Source: Octopus bimaculoides
Taxonomy: Eukaryota
DNA length: 63,990 bases
NCBI RefSeq assembly: GCF_001194135.2
Contig: NC_068986.1
Span: 68,548,486-68,612,475 of the forward strand
Reading direction: 5' to 3'
The position numbers were made by a program, and so were the translations under genes. Positions within the stretch are counted from its first letter, which is position 1, and each line of letters opens with the position of its first letter. Positions 11,771 through 23,360 of the stretch are shown piece by piece. The notes under the pieces are model-generated. The model ran no database searches, was not told the origin of the DNA, and was given only the letters and a program-made list of their open reading frames with translations.

Positions 11771-12164
11771 ATTTTGGCACATGTTACTGAGTTCATGACT
11801 GGCACTTAGAGTAAATACTCCAAGTTTCATTCCACAGCAACACTATACTTCAAACATATAAATATACTTTGGCATACACACACATAGTATATAACTGTAT
11901 CAACTACTTTATTGGATGTTGTAATACCATGCTGATCACAATGTGCTTCCTTACGTTGTTTTAGCTTCTGAATGATGCCACCCCACTGGCTAGGCAAGCA
12001 GGCCAACATTCCTCTTGAACAGAATGCCAGTCCATCACAAGGTTGTCCATTTACAGTGAACTAGAGCAAACATGAAATGAAGTGTTTTGCTCAAGAACAA
12101 CAATGTGCTGCTGGTTTGGGAATCAAAACCATGATCTTGTGACTGTGAGTGCAACACTCTAACT

Positions 12165-12772
12165 CAGTGGTTCTCAACCATCTTTTGCCTGTGGACCCCT
12201 TTGGTTCCTATTTCACTCAGGTGGACCCTCATAACCATTCCATGTTTAACAAAATTCTATTTTATTTTTATGATTAAATATTATTAGGTAATACTCTTTT
12301 ACTTGTTTCAGTCATTTGACTGCGGCCATGCTGGAGCACCGCCTTTTAGTTGAGCAAATCGCCCCCAGGACTTATTCTTTGGAAGCCTAGTACTTATTCT
12401 ATCGATATCTTTTGCCGAACCGCTAAGTTACGGGGACGTAAACACACCAGCATCGGTTGTCAAGCGATGTTGGGGGGACAAACACAGACACAAACATACA
12501 TATATACGATGGGCTTCTTTCAGTTTCCGTCTACCAAATCCACTCACAAGGCTTTGGTCGGCCTGAGGCTATAGTAGAAGACACTTGCCCAAGGTGCCAC
12601 GCAGTGGGAATGAACCTGGAACCATGTGGTTGGTAAGTAAGCTACTTACCACACAGCCACTCCTGTGCCTATAAGGTTGTTAAAATATTTTGCATATTGT
12701 AGAAGTATAACCATTTTAGTGCACATGAACTTTGACAACAAAATCTTAATGGGTCCTGGTTGTAAACCACTG
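12165..12772. mobile_element. hAT (Charlie-like) MITE carrying a nested family A SINE
   Basis: CAGTGGTTCTCAACC ... GGTTGTAAACCACTG TIRs. Degenerate 8-bp flanks CTCTAACT and CAATAACC. Confidence 0.75.
12292..12671 (-). mobile_element. Family A SINE, full-length young copy
   Basis: Retains most CpGs and is the reverse complement of the 3577-3968 type. Confidence 0.88.
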
Positions 12773-12971
12773 CAATAACCACCAGGCCACATGCTTTCTC
12801 TCTCTCTCTCTCTCACTCACACACAAACACAGCCTAGGAACATTCGTTTCGTCTTTCTATTGGTTCTAATTTTTAAATACCATTAATTTGCTGTTTCCTC
12901 ATCTATCATAAAATTTTCTCATTAGGATTTTTTAAATTATTATTATTATTCTATATTTTCAATAATTGTTT

Positions 12972-13110
12972 ATGAATTCAATGATCATATTGATTTCCGA
13001 TGAATTTAATGATCTTGTATGGCTCACTTGAATTTAATGATCTTTATGATGTGAGGTTTTTTTTTTTTATGAATTTAATGATTTTAATCATTTCTATGAA
13101 TTTAATGATC
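12972..13110. repeat. Five copies of the 15-mer ATGAATTTAATGATC with unrelated spacers
   Basis: Cores start at 12972, 13000, 13028, 13069 and 13096 (spacing 28, 28, 41, 27), each with 0-1 mismatch. Confidence 0.85.
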
Positions 13111-13353
13111 TTATGTGGTTTGCTTGGTATCATGATAACCCTTTCTTTGCCTCTGACCTCTGTTGCTAATATGCAACAGAGACAATCTTGATAATCTGAC
13201 ATTCAATTTATTCACCTTGATAGTCTCCTCTCCACTCAGTATTTCAGTCACTGACCAATAACAAGAGACAACAATTCTTTAGCCATCACAAAAGCAACCT
13301 GCCTAGAAGAGGAGCCATTCACAATAAAAACTAATATCTCTTTAGAGCACAGA

Positions 13354-13666
13354 CTCTTTTGTTACCATATTTTCATGCAATGTCGTTATTAAACTGGTGT
13401 TTAGGACATAAATTAACACAAAATTTTGATGGAAAGGTTTTTTTTTAAATTTAGCATTCAAATTACTCTATCAGATGTAATGTTTATCTATTCAATTTGT
13501 TTTATACCAATCATGCATTGTCTCATAGCTCCAAGATTTCAATGATCTGATTGTTTATTCTTAGAATGACATTGTAGGCTAGGTGTGAGCAGCTGGATAT
13601 GGCTGGTTTGATCATAAAACAGATAAAATATTTGGGCTAGATATGGCTGGTTTAAATGCTAAAGGG
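13354..13666. mobile_element. piggyBac-like MITE (TTAA|CCCTTT...AAAGGG|TTAA family), decayed copy
   Basis: Right end GATATGGCTGGTTTAAATGCTAAAGGG is shared with copies at 19060-19260, 34059-34275 and 58174-58527. Confidence 0.55.
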
Positions 13667-14571
13667 CTAAAACAGGAAGTCTTATTACACAACACGGGGC
13701 AATCACAAGCAGTTTGGGATTGAAAGGGTTAAGATGCCTCATTAAGTACACAGCTAGTGGTTAGGATAAGAAAGCTACCCAGTTTAAAATACAAGTCAAC
13801 ATAGTTAAACAATCCCCCCTACAAGCAGCAACAACTTTCTTAATTTCAGGTCCACTGCTGTTGCTACTGGGGTTGAGGTAGATCTTGGGATAATGAATGG
13901 GTCTTGCAGGAAACATAATGAAAGACCAAAGCAAGTGGCAATATGCTGTACAACAAATCCATTGAACTCATGTTAACAAAGAAAATTATGTTCAAATGAC
14001 AATTGATAATGAAGATGGTAATCGTGTGAGTGCATGCAAGTGTTAATACAATATATATATATATATATAATGGGATAACTGTAATAGTAGAGAAGGACAA
14101 AACATTGATTTATTAAACAATGAATTTGTTTGCCACAAAACTAACTTTTGTAGAGGAGGGGTTCAATCTATTTATTGAACCCAGTAACTATTATGATGCT
14201 TGTTTTAGATAAAGTTGACTCCCAACAATAATTTAAAATTCGGAGCATTGAGGTGAGTCAGTTTGACTGAGTTGTCTTTCTCCAAAGCTCTATGGGAACG
14301 TGAGCTAACTCTGCAACTTAATGAAACCTTCATTAATTACTAAATGTTGCTAATGGCTACAAGCCGCACTTTTTTGTATGTAACTATTTTCAAGTAGGTT
14401 AATGAAATCATTCAAAGTTAAGTGTTATAATTACACTGCAGTATCAGATAAAAAAAAAAATCAATCGAGAGACTTTTAGCCAATACACCAACACTTTATT
14501 ATTTCGGTTGAGACTCCTGATTAACACAAAGTTCTCAAATAAGATTGATCAGTGATATTTGTACATCAAAA

Positions 14572-14785
14572 GTGGTGAGCTGGCAGAATCATTAGCATGC
14601 CAAGCAAACTGCTTAGTGGCTTTCATCCATCTTTGCACTGAGTTTGAATTCCGTTGAGGTTGACTTTGCTTTTCATCCTTTCAGGATCAATAAAATAAGT
14701 ACCAGTTGAAAACAGGGGTCGATGGAATCATCTTACCCAACTCTCCTGAAATTGCTGGTTTTGTGCCAAAATTTGAAACTAACAT
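14572..14785 (+). mobile_element. Family B (Meta/MESC) SINE
   Basis: GGTGAGCTGGCAGAATCATTAGC head, TTTCATCCTTTCAGGATCAATAAAATAAGTACC core and CCAAAATTTGAAAC tail. Similar copies at 35440-35655, 35912-36125 and 46475-46685. Confidence 0.8.
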
Positions 14786-15159
14786 TATTCATACATCATC
14801 ATTAATTTAACATTTATTAGAAGATACTTGCCCAAGGTGGAACTGAACCTAAAACCATGTAGTTAGGAAGCAAACTTCTTGACCACAAAGCCACACTTAT
14901 ATGGCTCAGTTCATGATCAGTGCTATTTTATCAATCTTATAAAGATGAAAGATGAATTCAACAGGACATGATATATGTCAGAACATAAATAAATGGTTTC
15001 AACCTGTGGTTCACAAAATCCTTGGGAGTCTGCAAAGGCAGCACTGGGGATCTATAAACTAAGTTTAAAAAAACAAGATGCTGCAAGGTAAAACATATAA
15101 TTACTCATGATAAGACTGATTAATTTACAGGCTCAAGATAAAACTGATATTCATGCTCA

Positions 15160-15390
15160 TTATTTCCATCATCCTTTAATGTCCACTTTCCCGTGTTTGC
15201 ATGGGTCTGACTTTGTCGAGGCAGATTTTCTACAGTCAGGTGCTTTTCCTGTCACCAATCCTCACCTGCTTACAAGCAAGGTAATATTTTTTTCATGGCC
15301 AGACACGTTTTCCATGGAAGAATGGAAATGAACACTTTTGTTTGTATGATAATGATGCTTATAACCATGATGTCAAGACAAGGGTACACA
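15160..15390 (-). mobile_element. Nin-related SINE family E
   Basis: GAGGCAGATTTTCTA...TTCCTGTCACCAA...CAAGGTAATATTT is shared with 31225-31460 and 59370-59615. Confidence 0.65.
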
Positions 15391-15401
15391 CACATTTACA
15401 T

Positions 15402-15441
<40 letters not shown>

Positions 15442-15805
15442 TTTCATCCATATTTGATGGTACTCCATCAGTTATGATGACTAGGGTTCCACTTGATCCA
15501 ATCAATTGAACAGCCTGCTGGTGAAATTAACATGCAAGTGGCTGAGCACTTCACAAACATGCGTACCTTTAACATAGTTCTCAGGGAGATTCAATGTGAC
15601 ACAGAGCTTGCCAAGACTGGCCCTTTGAAATACAGGTACTACTCATTTTTGCCAGCTGAACAACATGAAATAAAGTGTCTGGCTCAAGGATACATGTTGT
15701 GAGGAATTGAAATCATGACTTTACAATCATGAGCCAAATGCTTCTACCACAAAGCCACATGCTTTCACCTGCTTACACACATGCACACTTACATCCATAC
15801 ATATA

Positions 15806-15837
<32 letters not shown>

Positions 15838-16353
15838 GAGATTTTTATCAGTTTCCATCCAAAAGTTTTTGGTTGGCCTGGAGCTATAGCAGAAGATACT
15901 TGCTCACTGTGTTATGTAGAGGAACTGAACCCAAGAGAATATGGGTGAGAAGCAAGCCTCTTAATTACACAGCCACACCTGTGCCTAGAAACTATACAAA
16001 TTTCAAACTCATTTCCAAATCTTTTGATACAGTGTTTTACAAGTTTTTAAAACATGATTTTCACTTAGAACTCTCTGCCACTAAACCTGTAATTCAGAAT
16101 ACAATAACAACAAAGTAACTTCAACTATCTTATTAAATAAGTGTTTTTGGTTAATACTGCTATTTATTTAGTTGTATATTCAGTTAGCAATATTGGTTCA
16201 AGGGGAGGGAAAGTGAAAAAAATATCAATAATATGAGGTCAATTCAATTGACTATGTTTATACTAGGAATCAATTAGCCTTGTGCTACTCAGAAGAAAAC
16301 AAAGTCAAAATATCTGAATAACAGTCACAAAGAGAAACAGCTGGATCACTTAC

Positions 16354-16463
16354 CCGTCTGTTAATAACAGAGAAAACTGATTTTTTACAAAGCATACATT
16401 CAGATGCATCTGAATCTGGCACCCAAACTGGACAGTTCAGATCTGGTTTTTGCTCAATTCCTC
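16354..16463 (-). CDS. PLEKHF2: Phafin exon, linker and FYVE N-half: (R)GIEQKPDLNCPVWVPDSDASECMLCKKSVFSVINRR
   Basis: ttttcag|GA GGA ATT...AGA CGG|gtaagt, 110 nt, phase 1 to 0. Contains the FYVE WxxD motif, the first CxxC and the RR of RRHHCR. Confidence 0.96.
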
Positions 16464-16771
16464 CTGAAAAAGAAGCAGAAATGTTAAAGAGAAAAGGTGG
16501 GGTGGGAGGTATTCAATTCTATAGAAGTATGTGCTGATATGGAGTTCAATTTGTTAAAAATAACAGCTGAATCTCTCTCAAATCACACCCATTTCATCTT
16601 AAAAAAAAAAGGAAAGTCACATTGGATAATGTAGTCCTAGATAAACTTTATCTGAAAATTTGCAACTGTAATACCTCGGCAATAGGTCTGCTGGATAGAT
16701 AGCAACATTTATTTTAAAAAGCTTAAAACACAAGCAATACTCAAATTTTAAAAATACATGGCACCACACAT

Positions 16772-16931
16772 CACTGGTGTAGCTAGAGTGTGTGCCACTT
16801 GGGGTGACCTTTCAGTTTTATGCCCCCATGCAAAAATTACAATTACCCACAGCAGATCCAAAAGTGGTGCCGTCCCCATAAAAGTGCTGCCCAGGGTGGA
16901 CCGCCCCCCTCTGGATATTCTAGGGCCACAC
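16772..16931. mobile_element. Degenerate GC-rich MITE (hAT/Tip100-like termini)
   Basis: CACTGGTGTAGCTAG ... GTGCTGCCCAGGGTGGACCGCCCCC...CTAGGGCCACAC resembles CAGTGGCGTAGCTAG-type elements. The TIRs are decayed. Confidence 0.4.
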
Positions 16932-16949
16932 ACCCCTTAAACACAAGCA

Positions 16950-17400
16950 GCACTCAACTAATGCTCCACAGGTGCTCCAAATGTTAGGCTTCACTAACAC
17001 TGAGGATCTCTTCATAACAGCTCGGACTGCACCCCAATGACTGGCTCTTCTCTTTAGGGCCTAAATATACTTCAGCTCCCAACAATTGCTGACACTCCAC
17101 AAAACAAAAGAGAAGACCACAATGAAGTAAGGCTCCTACATCAACACTACTTTGATATACGCAAACATCCCAGACTGCACAGAAAGAAAGGGTACTTGAT
17201 ACCTCTGACTCACTTTCTCCCCCTCATCTTATCACCCATGTGATATCCAAACCCACCTGCTCTAGGCCTCAAACTAACTACTGCATATAAACCTTTCTCC
17301 AAAGGACACCAACCTTCCACAATCTCTTTGTGTTTTTCCTGCAGCTGTTGACTTGCAATGGTTTAAGCAGAACATTAATGGTATCAGTCTCACCAATCAC
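16950..17400 (+). mobile_element. L2/Crack-like LINE 3' relic
   Basis: Translates approximately to SRPQTNYCI*TFLQRT...AVDLQWFKQNIN, resembling the L2/Crack-type C-terminus (PRTNHY..SFFPRT..LWN.LP). Heavily mutated. Confidence 0.45.
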
Positions 17401-18103
17401 ACACCAATCCATTACACTCTGGTTGGTGCTCAGAAGGTCGTCCAGCCACAGAAACCACACTAGAACAGACAATGGAGCCTGGTGTGGCCCCTGACCTTGC
17501 AGGTTCTGGTCAAACTGTCCAACTCATGCCAGCATGGAAAACAGATGTTAAATGATGACGATGACAATAAAGGCTTGTTCACAACACAGTCATTTACAGT
17601 CGTAGTTTTGGCTGATGTCACTGATTTAAAATTGTTATGCTGACTCTCAATGTTTAATGTTGTCACAATCATCTTGTATGATTATAATTATGGAGCTACT
17701 ACTAAGAGATTAATGTTGGAATAAGCTGATCCTGAATAATACTTGATTGTAGAGCTGGTTCTTAATGATATAGTTGCAAAGTAACCTTCAATGGTTATAC
17801 CTATGATTGTAATTTATGTATTTCTTCCCTGGTTATGGTTCTAGGTTGGTTGCTTGGCCCTTACTAGAAACAGCTGAAGCTGGTATTCATCATTAATTTC
17901 AGTTTAATATACACTGATTGTTAAAGACTAAAACATTTGCTTTAATAATGGTAAGATGCAATGTTGTGTGAGTTAAGAAAATTACCGATGTGTATATGGT
18001 TTGGACACTTTAGTGTGCAGACTTCACAAGAAACTATTAATGTAGTGGAGAAATAAATCACATGCATGATTAAACTGAATGAAGGAGTAAAGTGCAAACT
18101 TAC

Positions 18104-18229
18104 TTTTCTTGATTAAATATGAAACACATTTGCGGATATGGGCCATCCACTCTGATTTTTCACTTGAAGTGGCAGCATAGACAACAAATGACTTCATCGG
18201 ACTTAGTATTTTCCAGCCATTTCTTAAAT
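18104..18229 (-). CDS. PLEKHF2: Phafin exon, PH domain C-end: (N)LRNGWKILSPMKSFVVYAATSSEKSEWMAHIRKCVSYLIKK
   Basis: ttttgcag|AT TTA AGA...AAG AAA A|gtaagt, 126 nt, phase 1 to 1. Lies inside ORF 18024-18242 and matches LRNGWLIKTPTKSFAVYAATATEKSEWMNHINKCV. Confidence 0.97.
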
Positions 18230-18439
18230 CTGCAAAAGACATACAGAAATTTTCAAAAAATTAACAGAAAGTAAAAAATATTGAAAGAATACGATGGCAA
18301 ATATAAGTAGATGAAATGGGGCTCCTCTGAAGGAACAATGGAGTAACATGCTCGACAGGGTGCATAGCTCAGCGATAAAGGAGTTTTTCCAGACTGAGTT
18401 ACAACTTCTTTGTATTATGAAGTCACAGTAATGGTACAA

Positions 18440-18690
18440 TAAACTTGTGATTAGAATGTTGCAGGAGAGAATCCTAAGATGGATTCTTCAAGCCAAACCA
18501 TCCAGTAAGAGACCTAGGGGTAGATCAAAAATAAGACGGTTGACTAATATCTAATATCCAAGTATCGGTAACACTTGGTGATCCAGCCAGGAAGTGTAAT
18601 GACAATTGCTTCTGAGAGGAGGTGCCTGAGAACTGTACTCTGATGAATCTCCCAGGAATAGTGGGCAAAGAAGACAGATAGATGGATAAA
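18440..18690 (+). mobile_element. RTE (Expander/Rex3-like) LINE 3' fragment
   Basis: LVIRMLQERILRWILQAKPSSKRPRGRSKIRR. Homologous to 60901-61280. Confidence 0.7.
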
Positions 18691-19059
18691 AATACCAACT
18701 GCTAGAAATAGCAGCTATGTATTTCTTTAATTATACTCTACAATAAAAAAAAATGTAGGATGCATTGTATTGAATGTATGAATACATTGGAGAAAAGATT
18801 TTTTAGTTTCGTTGGGAGCAAGACAACATTTCCAGTGCCCATGCTCTGATAAAATTGACCCAATACATTCTGTGAAATAGATGGACAGACTGTAGTAACC
18901 ATGATCTCTGAGCTGTCTAGGACAGCAGTAAATTCTGAATAAGAACTGACTTGGACTGTGACAACTTGGTTGACTCATCCAAGCATGGAAAAATGGACAT
19001 AAAATGACGATGATGATGATGATTAGATAATGTAGTTTTAAGATACATTGTTTGATCAA

Positions 19060-19260
19060 CCCTTTAGCATTTAAACTGGTCATATCTGGACAATACTCCA
19101 TCTGTTTTACGTTCAAACTGGCCAGATCTGGCTTCTCACACCTACCTTACAATGTTATACTAAAAATAAAGTCACATCAAAATCTCAGAGATACAAGATG
19201 AGGCGAACAATGTGAATAAATAAGCATTATATTTAGCAGAGTAATCTGAATGTTAAAGGG
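19060..19260. mobile_element. piggyBac-like MITE
   Basis: TCAA|CCCTTTAGCATTTAAAC ... AATGTTAAAGGG|TTAA. Confidence 0.7.
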
Positions 19261-20057
19261 TTAAAAGACGGGATGGTCAAAACTGGAGTATCTTTGATCA
19301 CAAGTCTGCTTCATCATTGTTATTTTGTTATCATTTAATCCCAAATCAGCAGTCACCACTACTAAGAACAACATCATTACCATACCACTCATTTATACAG
19401 ATGAGTAATTCACAGCCGTTGTATCAAATGGTAACAGAACTGAATAGAATTGATTAGAAGAGGAGAGGAAACAAATGTTAACGCTTTTATTTCAGTACAC
19501 CGAAGGACTTCAACACTAACAATGTGTTTATGAAACAATCATTAATTAAGCAGAGCTCTTGTTATTTACAAACATAGAAACATCTAATCATGTTTTTCAG
19601 TGTGATCTAACCATCACTCACTACTATGGATGATAACAATGATGATGGTTGCTGGCAGTAGTTGTGGTGGTGATGGTGGTAGTGATTATGATGGTGCTCA
19701 TGATAGTGATGACAAGGAAGAAGAGGATGGCTATGGTAACACTCCTGACAATGATGATGTTGGTATTATTCTAATTTACTTCATTAGACAAGATATTAAA
19801 AAGAAAAGAATCAATATATCATACCAGAAAAAAAAAAGTAACTGGTAGAAGATAAAGTTGAAGATGTACAACATAAACAACATTACTCCTCTTTGCATCT
19901 ATTTACAATTTGATGAGTTGGAGCCAGAGGGGTTTACAATGAGTTGGCCATAACAAACTAATGACCTATGACCAATAGACTAACTCATACAATTACCATC
20001 ATGTAGTTCACTAAACTTCTTTAGCTCTTATTAAGTGCTTAATAAATAATCATAATA

Positions 20058-20250
20058 ATGGTTTCAAATTTTGCAACAAGGGCACCAATTTTGGAGGAGG
20101 GGATGAGTCGATTACATCAACCCCAGTGTTCAACTGGTACATATTTTATTGACCCTGAATAGATGAAAAGCAAAGTTGACCTTGGCAGAATTTGAACTTG
20201 GAACAAAGCAACAGGCGAAATACTGCTAAGCATTTCATCCAGCATACTAA
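20058..20250 (-). mobile_element. Family B SINE, part of an inverted duplication of 23135-23418
   Basis: Reverse complement of 23165-23360, including non-SINE flank. Confidence 0.85.
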
Positions 20251-20444
20251 ATGCTCTTTTCTACTAAAGGTCTGAAATGTTGGTGAGAAAGCCTTTACAT
20301 GGGCTAGAAATAGCAACCAAATCATCTTCTAATCATAGAAATAGCAGATAAATCTGTTTTGAATCACATCCTGTTTCTTCTTAAAAAAGGGATATATTGG
20401 GTCATATAGCCAGGCCTACTGAACTAAGCTAGAAAATAAGCTGG

Positions 20445-20632
20445 AATAGTGGCTGTGTGATTAAAAAGCTTGCTTTCCAAACATGTGGTCTTGGGTTTAA
20501 GTCTTACTGTATGGTACCTTGGGCAAGTGCCTTCAACTACAGCCTAGGGTTGACCAAAGCTTTGTGAGTGGATTTGGTAGATGAGAATTGAAAGAAGCCT
20601 GCCATATGTGTGTGTGTGTGTCTGTATGTATG

Positions 20633-20700
<68 letters not shown>

Positions 20701-21345
20701 AAATACAGACAGACATGTAAGTATCTATGTTGGGTACCTTTGTGTTTGTCCCCTACCACTGCTTGACAATTGGTGTTGGTTTGTTTGCATCCCCCATAAC
20801 TTCAGCAAAAAAGATCAATAGAACAAGTACCAGGTTTTTAAAAAATAAGTACTGGGGTTGATCTGTTTGACTTAACTCTTCAAAGAATTGCTCCAGTATA
20901 GCATAGTCCAATGACTGAAACAAGTAAAAAATGAAAAAATAAAGACACGCACAGACATGGCTGTGTGGTAAGAAGCTTGTTTCACAACCACAATATTTGG
21001 GGTTCAGTCTCACTGCATGGTACCTTGGGCAAGTGTCTAGTGCTTTAGTCTTGGGCCAACCAAACCCTTGTGAGTGGATTTGGTGGAAGGAAACTGAAAG
21101 AAGCCCATCATATATATGTATACATGTATGTGTGTGTCTTTGTTTGTACTCCTCCTTCACTGCTTGACAATCAGTGTTGGTGTGTTTATGTCCCTGTAAC
21201 ATAGCAGTTTGACAAAAGAAACCAATAGAATATGTACCAGGCTTTAGAAAATAAGTACTAGGGTTGATACATACAATTAAAAACTCTTGAAGGCAGTGCC
21301 CCAGCATGGCCATAGTCTAATAACTGAAACAGGTAAAAGATAAAA
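20445..21345 (+). mobile_element. Two head-to-tail family A SINEs
   Basis: Two heads (GGCTGTGTG at about 20450 and 20960) and two GAAAC(A)AGTAAAA tails (about 20930 and 21335). Long compound microsatellite in the first copy. Confidence 0.8.
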
Positions 21346-22036
21346 GATAGTCTTGTCTAGACGACATTTGATTTAGTTTGTCTGCAAGCAAAGATAACCT
21401 GGTGGGGGCTAAACAACAAGATTTATTTATTGAAAATTAGCATAAGACATATTGAAGCTGTGAAGCAGCAAAACTTTAATGAAAGTCTCCCCCTGTTTTA
21501 TTGAAATATCCAAGTCTTTGAAGACAGGAAAATAATAAAGCACTACAATGTGAAGTTGGTATACAAACAGAAATGTTTAATCATGTTATTGAGTGTGATC
21601 CAATTACCATACACTATTACAGTGATAGCAGTGGTGGTGGCGTCTGTGATGACAGTGCAGGTGTTGCTGATAATGATGATGATGATGAAAATGGTGATAT
21701 TGGAATTATTGGAGTTTAGTTCATTAACTTGATATTAAAAAAAAATATATATATAAAAAAAAAGAATCAATAAGTTCTAGCAGAGAAAGTAATTGGTAAG
21801 AGAAAATGACAAAGGCATTTAGTATGATGGAAGATGGAAGTGTAAAAGAAATTTAAGAGTGTACAATTTAAGATGTTGTGAGACAATAATTTCAAAACTG
21901 AATCAACAAAGGAGTGGCTACATAGTTGCTCAACTTGCTAGAAAATGCAGCTGAATTCCCCTTGAATTACCTTATTATCTTTAAAATAAAGGAGGGCACA
22001 ATTTGGATAATGTAATCATGAATACATTGTCTAGTT

Positions 22037-22377
22037 CAGTGGTTCTCAACCAGGGTCCATATGGCTCCTGGGAGGGGATCTATATATACGGGTTTTGGGA
22101 GTTCACACTAATGAAATAGTAAGTTGGGGATCCACAGTAATATTTTAAGGACCCATGGAAATTTTTTGATTTCAATGTATGTATTGCAAGAAATAGCTAG
22201 GTTTCTTTCTCTAATGTTTTACATAATTCAACCGACAGAAGTGAATAACAAAAAAAGGGAACTTTGAAAGAAGTATATATAAAATTAGTTTTTAAACATT
22301 GAATGGCTATAGGGGCCCACCAAAGTAAAGTAACACACGAAGGGGTTCATAGGTTAAAAAGTGGTTGAAAACCACTC
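22037..22377. mobile_element. hAT (Charlie-like) MITE
   Basis: CAGTGGTTCTCAACC ... GGTTGAAAACCACTC TIRs with 8-bp flanks GTCTAGTT and GCCTAGTC (6/8 match, CTAG core typical of Charlie). A right-end fragment of the family lies at 38815-38885. Confidence 0.82.
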
Positions 22378-22563
22378 GCCTAGTCTGAAAATAAGATTGG
22401 ATAGTCATGGTTGGAATGCTCTGATCATAGGTATGTTCAGTCAGGGTTGTTCTGGAGTTAAACAATAACAACAAGTTAATATAAATTCTTTACTCTATCA
22501 GTGTATGTGTGTGAGAATACTGTGATGTATGGTGGTATGCCAATATTAGATTCATTATTATTG

Positions 22564-22920
22564 TTATTACCTCTGCCTTAGCGAAGGCAGAGGTATTGTT
22601 TTCAGCCGTGTTTGTTGGTTCGTGGACAAGATATCTCAAGAACCACTTTGGATGGATGGATGAAACTTTCAGGGATGTTTGGCCTCGTGACTGGCACGGA
22701 CTGATTAGATTTTGGGATCAATCCAGTAGTGGACAAGGAATCTGGATTATTTTACCGTTCTTTTTTACTTAATTTTCAAGAGCAGTTGGGTTCATTTTTA
22801 GTATTCTCGTTTGTAAGAGCGGTCGAGTTTATTTCAGATACTCTCATTTTAAAAATCTTCAGCTAATCACTGAGAAGACATTGGTGTTGCCTTGGCAGAG
22901 GTTTGCGCTCTCTGAGTGTT
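22564..22920 (+). mobile_element. Helentron-type non-autonomous element (HINE/DINE-1-like)
   Basis: Starts TTATTACCTCTGCC, with subterminal inverted repeat GGCAGAGGT at 22894-22902 followed by the short stem-loop GCGCTCTCTGAGTGT. T-rich flanks and no TSD. Confidence 0.7.
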
Positions 22921-22957
22921 GTTGTTGTTGTTGTTGTTGTTGTTATTATTATTATTT

Positions 22958-23360
22958 AAGGCAGTGAGCTGGCAAAATCGTTAGCACACCAGGCAGAATA
23001 CTTAGCAGCATTCTGTCCATCTTTACATTCTGAGTTCAAATTCCACTGAGGTCAACTTTGCTTTTCATCCTTTCAGGATCAATAAATTAAGTACCAGTGA
23101 AACACAGGGGTCGATGTAATTAACTAGTCCCCTCCACCAACATTTCAGACCTTTAGTAGAAAAGAGCATTTAGTATGCTGGATGAAATGCTTAGCGGTAT
23201 TTCGCCTGTTGCTATGTTCCGAGTTCAAATTCTGCCAAGGTCAACTTTGCTTTTCATCCATTCAGGGTCAATAAAATATTTACCAGTTGAACACTGGGGT
23301 TGATGTAATCGACTCATCCCCTCCTCCAAAATTGGTGCCCTTGTTGCAAAATTTGAAACC
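22958..23360 (+). mobile_element. Two tandem family B SINEs (the second lacks its 5' head)
   Basis: Two Meta cores at about 23060-23095 and 23250-23285. Confidence 0.82.

Noticed and set aside
12972-13110. CRISPR-like appearance of the 15-mer array
   Set aside because: The context is a eukaryotic intron, the repeats and spacers are too short and irregular, and there are no cas genes. Kept only as a motif array.
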